IMG/VR virus record: IMGVR_UViG_3300025530_000003
DNA from: a virus
Length of the DNA stretch: 48,438 bases
Strand: one strand, 5' to 3'
Made by a program: the position numbers and the translations under genes. Shown here piece after piece: positions 1-7,874 of the stretch. Position 1 is the stretch's first letter; the number at the start of each line of letters is the position of its first letter. The notes under the pieces were generated by a model. It saw only the letters and a list, made by a program, of their open reading frames with translations, was not told the origin of the DNA and did not search any database.

Positions 1-99
1 TTTATAAACTTTTTTGTGGTTTTTTGTAGTGGTTCATGTTGTTACTTTTACTTTACTACAGACTTTGTAGTGTGTCAAGCACTTTTTATAAACTTTTTT
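1..99. repeat. Terminal redundancy: bases 1-99 are identical to 48340-48438. This could be a circular-assembly overlap or a short direct terminal repeat.
   Basis: Base-by-base comparison of the two window ends. The identity is bounded by the window edges. Confidence 0.9.
50..78 (-). promoter_or_regulatory. Sigma-A-like promoter inside the repeat unit (TTGACA-17 nt-TAAAGT), reading leftward across the window junction
   Basis: The reverse complement of 50-78 reads TTGACA cactacaaagtctgtag TAAAGT. Confidence 0.4.
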
Positions 100-162
100 G
101 TGGTTTTTTGTAGTGGTTCATGTTGTTTGTTGTTGTCTGCAATCATTGTAGACGTTGCATTT

Positions 163-281
163 GACGGGATCCAATCGCTGACAGGATCCCATAAAGTGGA
201 ATCGCTGACGGGATCCAATCGCTGACAGGATCCCATAAAGTGGTAATTGTCGATAGGCATTTTTGAGGATCCTAAAAGTGG
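163..281. repeat. Iteron array with five GGATCC sites. GACGGGATCCAATCGCTGACAGGATCCCATAAAGTGG occurs twice (163-199, 207-243), with a third degenerate GGATCCTAAAAGTGG at 267-281. Candidate pac/terminase-recognition or origin element.
   Basis: Exact 37-bp direct repeat with a 44-bp period. GGATCC at 167, 184, 211, 228 and 267. The array lies in noncoding DNA upstream of the packaging genes. Confidence 0.8.
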
Positions 282-425
282 AAACGTTGCTTGACGTTGA
301 CAGACGAGTAGGTTTGACTGATGCTGGAGAAAGTTGAAGAATTTACCATGTGGTAGGTTGTATGGGTGCTGATCCATATGATGGGTGTAGGGACAAAAAT
401 TGGAAGTTGCGCCTTGAGACGAAAT

Positions 426-456
426 GCCGGGCGGGCGGGGACGCCAACCCCCCACC
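426..456. other. G/C-rich tract (gccgggcggggcgggg...ccaaccccccacc) in otherwise AT-rich noncoding DNA; possible cos or packaging cleavage region
   Basis: The composition contrast is visible in the sequence. The function is purely inferred. Confidence 0.2.
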
Positions 457-497
457 AAACACACATAAATATCATCAACTTAACTACACTACACATC

Positions 498-526
498 TTG
501 TCATCTCACGCAAACTAACGTAAAAT
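498..526 (+). promoter_or_regulatory. Sigma-A-like promoter for the rightward structural operon (TTGTCA-17 nt-TAAAAT)
   Basis: TTGTCA at 498-503, a 17-nt spacer, and TAAAAT at 521-526, about 60 nt upstream of the first + strand gene. Confidence 0.45.
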
Positions 527-586
527 TATATCCAAACCGATTCGATTCTCTATTCCACAACATTTCAAGGAGGGAACTTAACAACC

Positions 587-1030
587 ATGCTTCTCGAAGC
601 CTTGAAAGCAAACGAATCCTTCAGGCGATTGCCTATCGAAAAGCAAGAGATTTTCGCACGGCTTGCTTCAGTTTTTGAGGATAATGAACTGGCGCTATAT
701 CTCAGCCCACAGGAACTTACCAGCAAACTTCAGATCGGAAATAAAAATCAATGGCAGGAATTTCTCAACATGGAAATCGTTCGGCAATACATTAAGGGGC
801 AGATGGCGCAGATGGCGCAGATCGCCACACGGCGCACATTCAAAGCGCTGAAAGAGCAAGGCGAAAGTGGAAACGTTCAGGCGATTAAACAGATTAACGA
901 ACTTTCCGGGGTTTTGAATTCTGGAGACGACAACAAAGTCGTTGTTCTCCACAGAGTTGAGCGACCAAAGGAGGTGTTTATCCGTGACACAACAAACGAA
1001 GCAACTAATTCTCAATCTGATCCAGTTTAA
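587..1030 (+). CDS. Putative terminase small subunit or DNA-binding packaging protein
   Basis: First gene of the + operon, two genes upstream of terL (a small ORF at 984-1286 intervenes). 147 aa, preceded by AAGGAGGG. The assignment rests on position only. Confidence 0.35.
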   Translation: MLLEALKANESFRRLPIEKQEIFARLASVFEDNELALYLSPQELTSKLQIGNKNQWQEFLNMEIVRQYIKGQMAQMAQIATRRTFKALKEQGESGNVQAIKQINELSGVLNSGDDNKVVVLHRVERPKEVFIRDTTNEATNSQSDPV

Positions 1031-1286
1031 CATTCAAAGAAATCAGGAACTCGATCTTCAGGTGCTTGCCAACAGCATTGCAACACTGGCAAATGCTTAC
1101 AAAACGATTTCAGATGCGGAAGTCGATCAAATCCGCTTGCAGCACGAAACACAACTCACCAAAGCAAAGCTGCAACTCGAAGCGCAACAGGCACAACTTA
1201 ACGCTACCAAGGTGTACGGCGATTTGAGCATCAAGGAAATGCAGGTTCAGCAAGCCAATAACCAGCGAACAAGCGATATTCGCTGA
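984..1286 (+). CDS. Hypothetical coiled-coil protein (GTG start preferred over the ATG at 942)
   Basis: AAGGAGG lies 8 nt upstream of the GTG at 984. The product is Q/L-rich and helical. Confidence 0.35.
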   Translation: MTQQTKQLILNLIQFNIQRNQELDLQVLANSIATLANAYKTISDAEVDQIRLQHETQLTKAKLQLEAQQAQLNATKVYGDLSIKEMQVQQANNQRTSDIR

Positions 1287-1306
1287 AATCTATCAGCTAA
1301 TATAGC

Positions 1307-2854
1307 TTGGAAGGGAGGTTTCCAGATGAAATGCGGTGCCTGAACTGCTATACAGCGGATATGGTAACTCCGCAAAATGGACATCCAGCATATATCGAAT
1401 GTCCGGCTTGTGGATCTATTGAACTGACGTATGAACCACAAGATTATCAGGTAGAGTCCCATACAGTCCCGATTCGCAAAGTGTGGAACGAAAAGAAGGG
1501 AAAATGGGAATCTGAACTTCGGATTATCGGTTGGTTCGGTGGTTATGGGAGCGGCAAATCTCGTGCAAGTTTGACGGAAGTACTGTTAACAGCGCTGGAA
1601 AGTCCAAAAGGAACGGGTCTCCTGACAGCGCCTACACTTCAGCAACTAAAGCGTACAACGCTCAAGACGTTTTTTAACGAAGTTTGCCCGCCACCGCTCA
1701 TAAAACGATATAATAAGTCAGAAGGTCAGATCGAACTCGTCAACGGATTCATATTTTACACGGTTCCTTCAGACGAAGAAGAAAAAATTCGATCTATAAA
1801 TGCCGGAATTATTCATATGGAGGAAGCATCCGGGATCAAGCGGACGATTTACGACCAATTATTGACCCGTATGAGAGATCGATTTGTTCCGAATCGACTT
1901 TTGGCGGTGTGTTCAAACCCGGATATTGGATGGATTAAGGAAATCTTTGCAGATAATATCGCCAAAGCCGACCCGAATCATCCAAAACACGATGAATATA
2001 ACCGATTTATTCACACATTTATCTGGGAAACAGAACTGAATAAATATCTTCCTTCAGATTACATCGAGGTTCAGAGTCGTGGAAAGCCTGAATGGTGGAT
2101 TCAGCGTTACCTGAAAGGCAGTTTCCAACATTCAGAGGGGATGGTTTATCCGAATTTTGCAAAATGTTTAAGAAATTCTTCCGATTATTTTGAAGAACGG
2201 GGAATTGAAGATATTCCTCAAAATTGGGAGAAGTTTGTGACTCTCGATCACGGTCTGGTAAATCCGACAGCGGTTTATTGGCATGCTATTGACCCGGTGA
2301 ACGGGGTTGTTGTAACGTATGATGAGCATTATAAAGCAAATATGCTTGTTCCAGACCATGCAAAAGCGATCAAACCACGTATTGACGCTATTCCAGCGGG
2401 GATGTTACGGTTTATGGTAGCCGATCCGTCCATTAAAAATCGTACCGATGTTGTAAATGGTAAAAGTGTACAAGCCTTATATCAAGAGTACGGACTCTAC
2501 TTTTCGCCCGGAAACAATGACGTTGAAGCCGGCATTCTGAAAGTGAACTCTTATATCGAACGGGGCAAATGGATCATCCTTCAGGATCGGTGTCCGAATC
2601 TTGCAAAAGAGGGGATCGAGTACAAGTATAAAGAAATCTCACTTGACGATACAAAAAATCCGGATGAAAAACCTGTGAAAAAGAATGACCATGCAATGGA
2701 CTCTATACGTTACGGGTTTATGAGATTGCCGGATGACCCAAATATGCTTAAAACAGTAGGATACAGTCCGCCAATGGACTATTCGGACTATTACTTGGAT
2801 GATGACGATGATGAATATGAAGAATACTCCGAAAATTACTTGAATTACGTGTAG
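1307..2854 (+). CDS. terL: Terminase large subunit with an N-terminal CxxC...CxxC zinc ribbon and an acidic C-terminal tail
   Basis: Walker A GGYGSGKS, an IHMEEAS Walker B-like motif, a C-terminal nuclease-like region (DHAMDSIRY), and its position before the portal gene. The start could instead be the ATG at 1331. Confidence 0.88.
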   Translation: MEGRFPDEMRCLNCYTADMVTPQNGHPAYIECPACGSIELTYEPQDYQVESHTVPIRKVWNEKKGKWESELRIIGWFGGYGSGKSRASLTEVLLTALESPKGTGLLTAPTLQQLKRTTLKTFFNEVCPPPLIKRYNKSEGQIELVNGFIFYTVPSDEEEKIRSINAGIIHMEEASGIKRTIYDQLLTRMRDRFVPNRLLAVCSNPDIGWIKEIFADNIAKADPNHPKHDEYNRFIHTFIWETELNKYLPSDYIEVQSRGKPEWWIQRYLKGSFQHSEGMVYPNFAKCLRNSSDYFEERGIEDIPQNWEKFVTLDHGLVNPTAVYWHAIDPVNGVVVTYDEHYKANMLVPDHAKAIKPRIDAIPAGMLRFMVADPSIKNRTDVVNGKSVQALYQEYGLYFSPGNNDVEAGILKVNSYIERGKWIILQDRCPNLAKEGIEYKYKEISLDDTKNPDEKPVKKNDHAMDSIRYGFMRLPDDPNMLKTVGYSPPMDYSDYYLDDDDDEYEEYSENYLNYV

Positions 2855-2869
2855 AAAGGAGGACTATGT

Positions 2870-3175
2870 ATGGAAGAACGTAAATTATATACGATTTACT
2901 TTACAAACGATACGTTTTTATCGTACCGTTTAACAGACGAAGATTACCGAAAAATCGGCAAAAATCTCCGCAAAAATCGAATTGTGGAAACGTCTGTCGG
3001 ATTTTTACACACGAAAAACATGTGGTCTATCATCCTTCAGGTAGAACCGAAAAAAGAATACAATTTATCAGCAGACCCGGAATTGCCACCAGAATATGTA
3101 GAGTATTTAGAACTTGCACGTAGGGCAGAAGAATTTATGGAAGGGGTGAAAAGATATGACGAAGAAGGAAATTGA
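2870..3175 (+). CDS. Hypothetical protein between terminase and portal
   Basis: 101-aa ORF with AAGGAGG upstream. It overlaps the portal start by 20 nt. Confidence 0.5.
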   Translation: MEERKLYTIYFTNDTFLSYRLTDEDYRKIGKNLRKNRIVETSVGFLHTKNMWSIILQVEPKKEYNLSADPELPPEYVEYLELARRAEEFMEGVKRYDEEGN

Positions 3176-5072
3176 AGAAATGAAGATGCGGGTGAGTAAA
3201 TATCACCGACGTTTCAACCGGGCAAAGTCAGAAGTTCAGTCAAAACATTCGTTATGGACTAAAATTGATACTTTTGATCGGGGCGAACAATGGAAAGACA
3301 CGTCTTTGCCACCGTGGATACCTACACCTGTAACAAATTATATCCGCTATGTACGCACGTTGAAACGTGCAAACCTTGCGTCTGCGATTCCTTCAGCAAA
3401 GTTTTCTTCACGATACCTTCAATTTGCTGATGTTGTTGCACGTTTACAACGTGCATACGAACATGTTTGGGAAACAGAAGATGTTCCGAAAATTATAAGA
3501 CGATCGATCGATCGAGCACTTCTTCAGGGAACAGCTATCGTTTATGTATACAATGACAATGACTTTTTCGGTGGAATATACATGAACGAAAATGATCCCG
3601 GCAATAGATTGTATCAGGGACGTATCAGAATCCAGCGGATTCCTTCAGCTAACTTTTTCCCAGACCCAGACGCTACGTCGATTGACGATCCGAATATGAA
3701 ATACATGGAAATCACATCGAATCTTCCACTATCTTTAATTAAAAATAATCCACGATTTAGAGAATACGCAGGAGAATTTTTGGATAAGCTGGAAGGTTCT
3801 CATTTTTCTCAAGACGATAGCGAAACTGGATTTATCTTTAATCGTGACAATATTCCGGGCATGGGATCGCCAAGTGTTGAAGGAGATGAAATCGTCACTC
3901 TTCATACGCACTTTGAACGCTTTGTTAATGACGAAGGCAAATGGCAGTTGAATATTGCATGGTATCTTTCAAATACGGATTTTGAACTTTATCGGATTGA
4001 GGATTATAAACCGTCCGTATATCCGATTGCCGTACTTTATGACGAAGAAGAAGAAGGAGACTTCTGGGGTACGTCAACGGCAATGGATATTCTCGAAAAT
4101 CAAAAAATTATCAATAAAACGTCACAAACATCTTCGATTATTGCACTTTTACATCAAAATCCGCAAAAAGTTATACTTAAAGAGTCTGGAATTAATGCTC
4201 AAGAGATGGCAAGAGAGGGTACGCTTCCGGGCAAAACTTGGGTGTCAAATACTGATCCACGTGCGTCTGTTCATGTTTTGCAACAGCAAGACGTTCCAAG
4301 GGGACTTCTCGAAATGGACAGTCGTATGCGTCAAGATATACGTGAGATTTCAGGAATCAATGAAGCCTACACCGGGGAATCTGTTGGAAGTCTGACTACT
4401 TCTACAGGTGTTCAGTCGTTGATTGAGAGGGCAACGGTTAGGGACAAAGATAAAATGCTTCAGATCGATGACTTTGTTGAGCAGATCAGTAATTTGATCG
4501 TGCTTAACATTATTTATCACTGGAAAGATGAAAGAGAAATTTCAATCACAGGGCCGGATGGAAAAATTATTTACGAAACATTCCAACCTCTTGACGATGC
4601 AACAATTGAGAATATCGATTGGATCGTTAAATCTGACGTATACGCTACGGCTCCAACAACGCAAGCAAGGCGCAGACAGCAAGCAGACCATTTGATGCAG
4701 TTACAAGGTCAATTCAACTTCAATCCGCCGATCATTACGGCAGAAGAATGGATTCGTTTCCAAGATTTCGATATGAAAGAAGAAATTCTTCGTAGAATTC
4801 AAGAAGATAGAAAGCGGATGGAGAGAGAACGACCGCTTCAAATTGCACAGAATCTTGTTCAGATTGCTGATATTATTCGTCAAAATATTGCTCAAGGTAT
4901 GCCACAAGATCAGGCAATGCAAGCAGCGGTTCAAGCGGTGGAACAGCTTCTATCGCAACAAAATCAGCAAGATATGGCAGTTGGTAGACCGAGAGATGTG
5001 GAACAAGAGCCCGAAACACCGCAAGGAACGACAGGACAATTGGCAATGTCAAATATGGCAAGAGGTTGGTGA
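3156..5072 (+). CDS. Portal protein
   Basis: 638 aa, immediately downstream of terL, with the size and helical, Q-rich C-terminus typical of portal proteins. Confidence 0.8.
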   Translation: MTKKEIEEMKMRVSKYHRRFNRAKSEVQSKHSLWTKIDTFDRGEQWKDTSLPPWIPTPVTNYIRYVRTLKRANLASAIPSAKFSSRYLQFADVVARLQRAYEHVWETEDVPKIIRRSIDRALLQGTAIVYVYNDNDFFGGIYMNENDPGNRLYQGRIRIQRIPSANFFPDPDATSIDDPNMKYMEITSNLPLSLIKNNPRFREYAGEFLDKLEGSHFSQDDSETGFIFNRDNIPGMGSPSVEGDEIVTLHTHFERFVNDEGKWQLNIAWYLSNTDFELYRIEDYKPSVYPIAVLYDEEEEGDFWGTSTAMDILENQKIINKTSQTSSIIALLHQNPQKVILKESGINAQEMAREGTLPGKTWVSNTDPRASVHVLQQQDVPRGLLEMDSRMRQDIREISGINEAYTGESVGSLTTSTGVQSLIERATVRDKDKMLQIDDFVEQISNLIVLNIIYHWKDEREISITGPDGKIIYETFQPLDDATIENIDWIVKSDVYATAPTTQARRRQQADHLMQLQGQFNFNPPIITAEEWIRFQDFDMKEEILRRIQEDRKRMERERPLQIAQNLVQIADIIRQNIAQGMPQDQAMQAAVQAVEQLLSQQNQQDMAVGRPRDVEQEPETPQGTTGQLAMSNMARGW

Positions 5073-5079
5073 CGATAAG

Positions 5080-5107
5080 CCCCGATAATTTATCGGGGTT
5101 TTCTCTT
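5080..5107 (+). terminator. Rho-independent terminator after the portal gene
   Basis: CCCCGATAA / TTATCGGGG stem followed by TTTTCTCTT. Confidence 0.65.
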
Positions 5108-5265
5108 GCAAAATTTCACAACTTGTCGTAAAATACCACTCGACAAATAGGGCTTGTACAAAAGCGGTTGGTGTCGTTGCTTTTAAAGCATAATTCACCG
5201 TACAAGTCACGTTAAAATTCGCGTGGTGGGATGCGCGCAAACAACCCATAGGAGGTAATGTAGGT

Positions 5266-6159
5266 ATGGTCAAATTTCTTCCTTTGCAACTCAATCTTCA
5301 GTTATTTGCGGGCGACGATGATGACTTTATCAGTTTCGATGATGATAATGAAGAATCTGTAGGACCGATTGAAGATTTCTTCACTGATGACGATGACGAT
5401 GACGGCGACGACACTGTTGACAATTCTGAAGAATCTGAAGAATCTGAAGTTGAACCTGATTCAGAAGAGCCGGACGATGAGCCAGAACAACAACAACAAG
5501 AAGTTGTTCAGAATCAGGACGACCAAAAGCCGGTACAATCTCCAGAGGAAAATGCCAGATTTGCAGAGCAAAGAAGGCAACGACAACTTCAACAGATGTT
5601 GGAGAATATGCCGGAATATCAACTCGCAAAACAACTTTCTGATCTCTACGGGCTTACTCCAGAACAATTGCTTGAAAAAGTAAAAGAGGAACAGATTCGT
5701 AAACAGGCGAAAGAGCAAAACGTTCCTATCGAGTTCTTGCGTGAACAGCAGCGTATTAAAGAAGAAAATATGCGAACACATCAAGAACTGATGGAACTTA
5801 AAGTGAAACTTTGGAAGTCTGAAATGGATCGACAGTCAGCCGATATTAAAAAACAATATCCGGTTCTATCAGATGAAGATATTCAGCAAGCAAGACTTTA
5901 CATTCTTGAAACACTTAGAAACCCTGATATTCCTTTGGAGCAAGCAGTGTTTGCATTGCACGGCAAAAAGATTGCAGAGAGTATCAAGAATCTATCGAAA
6001 CAAGACGCTTTGGCGGAAGTTTCCGGACGTAAGCGCAATAGCGTTGTAAACACACCGACCGGAAAGTCAAATAAAGCGGTAGTCTTGACAGACGAAGAGC
6101 GCTACTTCGCAAAACAGTTCGGAATGACTGAAGAAGAGTATGCAAAGTATAAAGTGTAA
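5266..6159 (+). CDS. Putative scaffolding protein with an extremely acidic N-terminal region
   Basis: Its position between portal and capsid genes, a coiled-coil K/E/Q-rich body, and D/E runs over roughly residues 16-78. Confidence 0.55.
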   Translation: MVKFLPLQLNLQLFAGDDDDFISFDDDNEESVGPIEDFFTDDDDDDGDDTVDNSEESEESEVEPDSEEPDDEPEQQQQEVVQNQDDQKPVQSPEENARFAEQRRQRQLQQMLENMPEYQLAKQLSDLYGLTPEQLLEKVKEEQIRKQAKEQNVPIEFLREQQRIKEENMRTHQELMELKVKLWKSEMDRQSADIKKQYPVLSDEDIQQARLYILETLRNPDIPLEQAVFALHGKKIAESIKNLSKQDALAEVSGRKRNSVVNTPTGKSNKAVVLTDEERYFAKQFGMTEEEYAKYKV

Positions 6160-6174
6160 GGAGGGATAATTTCG

Positions 6175-6597
6175 ATGTTCGAGTACAGGAAAAGCCTTCG
6201 TGGAGACTCTATTTTCCCGATTAGGGATTACAAACTTAATAAAGATTACGCAAAAGTTGCCAAACGTGGAGATGTTGTCAAATTGAACGCTTCAGGCGAA
6301 GTTGTTGCTGCTGCGGCAAACGACACGGAAGTTCTGGGTGTTTTCTTGGGTCGAGAAATTAAAACTGAAGCAGAGACAGATTTCTACGGTAAAGTTCAAG
6401 CATCTGAAGGTATGGTATTTGAAGCCACTGTTTCAGGTACAGGCAATGTTGTAGTTGGCGCAAAACATCCGATTGCATTGACTGATGGTGATTATTCTGT
6501 GAATCTGGACTCTACGTCCAACGCAGCAGTAAAAATTATCGAAGCCACAGATCGGGGTACAGCGTATGTAACTTTTATTAACCTGCAACAAGGTTAA
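6175..6597 (+). CDS. Putative head decoration or capsid accessory protein
   Basis: 140-aa beta-rich ORF immediately upstream of the major capsid gene, with a strong RBS. Confidence 0.4.
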   Translation: MFEYRKSLRGDSIFPIRDYKLNKDYAKVAKRGDVVKLNASGEVVAAAANDTEVLGVFLGREIKTEAETDFYGKVQASEGMVFEATVSGTGNVVVGAKHPIALTDGDYSVNLDSTSNAAVKIIEATDRGTAYVTFINLQQG

Positions 6598-6624
6598 TAG
6601 TTAATGGGGAGGGGGAGATAATTA

Positions 6625-7536
6625 ATGCCTACAGTTAGAGGTAATTTTGCTAAGTTACTCGAACCCGGCTTGCGAAAAATCTTCTTTGAGGGTTATAAAG
6701 AAAAGCCGGAACAGTACAGCAAAGTTTTTAACGTTAACAATTCTAAAAAAGCAATTGAAACCGATCTTCGTATGGGCGGTTTCACAATGTGGAATCAAAA
6801 AGGAACGACGGATTCTACAGAATACGAAGAAATCCCAAATCCGGATATTGTTCAATACATCCATAAAACTTTCTCGAAAGGGTTTACTGTCGAGAAAGAA
6901 ATGGTGGATGATGAACAATATAACCAAATTCAAAAGAAAGCAAGGGCGCTTGGACGTGCAGCACGTTCGACAATCGAACATCATGCAGGTTCCGTATTCA
7001 GAAATGCTTTTAAGTCTTTGCCGACAAATTTCAGAGGGGAGCCTTTGGTAAGTGACAAACACACAAGGCTCGATGGTGGAACAACGTCCAACTTTATTGG
7101 TAGACTTACTCTTAATGAGCAGAATCTTGAGATTGCTTTGAAACTTGCTGCTGAACAAGTGGATGAAAGAGGACTCAAGATTCAAATGACACCAAAACTT
7201 CTTGTTGTTCCTCCAGCCCTTCAGTTTACAGCAGAAAAAATCGTCAAATCGTCTTTGCTTCCGGGTACAGACTACAACGACATCAACCCAATGAAGGGAC
7301 GTTTCCAAGTCGTTGTTCTGGATTACATCGGAGCGGTAGACGGTGGAAGCGACAACTACTGGTTCCTTATTGATCCAGACATCCACGAACTGAACTGGTT
7401 CTGGAGAGAGCGTTTGAACTTCAAACGTGCAACAGATTTCGATACTGACCAAGCAAAATACAAGGGACGTATGCGTTTCAGTTACGGCTGGTCTGACCAT
7501 CGTGGCGTACTTGGCGCAAACCCTGATTTGCCATAA
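6625..7536 (+). CDS. Major capsid protein (HK97-fold type inferred)
   Basis: 303 aa, with a GGGGAGGGGGAG RBS and a strong terminator downstream. The position is typical for a major capsid gene. Confidence 0.75.
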   Translation: MPTVRGNFAKLLEPGLRKIFFEGYKEKPEQYSKVFNVNNSKKAIETDLRMGGFTMWNQKGTTDSTEYEEIPNPDIVQYIHKTFSKGFTVEKEMVDDEQYNQIQKKARALGRAARSTIEHHAGSVFRNAFKSLPTNFRGEPLVSDKHTRLDGGTTSNFIGRLTLNEQNLEIALKLAAEQVDERGLKIQMTPKLLVVPPALQFTAEKIVKSSLLPGTDYNDINPMKGRFQVVVLDYIGAVDGGSDNYWFLIDPDIHELNWFWRERLNFKRATDFDTDQAKYKGRMRFSYGWSDHRGVLGANPDLP

Positions 7537-7561
7537 TAACCTGCACAGCTATAGTATATTG

Positions 7562-7594
7562 CCCCCTAGTTTTCATTAGCTAGGGGGTATTTTA
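7562..7594 (+). terminator. Rho-independent terminator after the capsid gene
   Basis: CCCCCTAG / CTAGGGGG stem with a 10-nt loop, followed by TATTTTA. Confidence 0.65.
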
Positions 7595-7613
7595 AAATAT
7601 GGAGGTAATTGAT

Positions 7614-7844
7614 ATGCAAACAGAATTTGGTGTTATTGTGACAATGAAAGAGCAGATCATGTACAACATTCTGAAAGAATTGAAGAAATCTAACGAACTC
7701 CTTCAGTCATTGATTGACAAACAAGGCGTCGTTATTGTTAAAGAATCTGAACTTCCGATAGAGCCGGAGTCAGAAAAGAAAGTAAATAGAAAAAAGAAAT
7801 CCGACCCAGAAAAGGCATCTGAAGAGAATACATCCGTGGAATGA
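7614..7844 (+). CDS. Hypothetical protein
   Basis: GGAGG lies 8 nt upstream of the ATG at 7614 (the ORF track starts at 7599). The C-terminus is K/E-rich. Confidence 0.45.
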   Translation: MQTEFGVIVTMKEQIMYNILKELKKSNELLQSLIDKQGVVIVKESELPIEPESEKKVNRKKKSDPEKASEENTSVE

Positions 7845-7874
7845 GGAAATAGTCCGAACGGAGGTAAAGTTTAA

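Larger units (their letters stand above)
1..134. repeat. 84-bp tandem direct repeat, left part (full unit 1-84, partial second copy 85-134)
   Basis: tttataaacttttttgtggttttttgtagtggttcatgttgtt recurs at 1 and 85. The copies diverge after about position 134. Confidence 0.9.

Noticed and set aside
1-281. Possible CRISPR array, given the direct repeats at the ends
   Set aside because: There are only about two copies of an 84-bp unit and two to three copies of a 44-bp unit. There are no unique spacers of regular length and no cas genes. The repeats carry promoter-like elements instead.
16-496. ORFs 16-225 (+), 75-464 (-) and 272-496 (-) in the left-end region
   Set aside because: They run through tandem repeats and iterons, have no RBS, and have repeat-driven or low-complexity translations. 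The region is better explained as noncoding control DNA.
6655-7500. 281-aa minus-strand ORF antisense to the major capsid gene; similar long antisense ORFs at 16474-16959, 13257-13679 and 39923-40447
   Set aside because: Each lies entirely inside a stronger, well-supported gene on the opposite strand, lacks an RBS and has odd composition. These are typical shadow ORFs.
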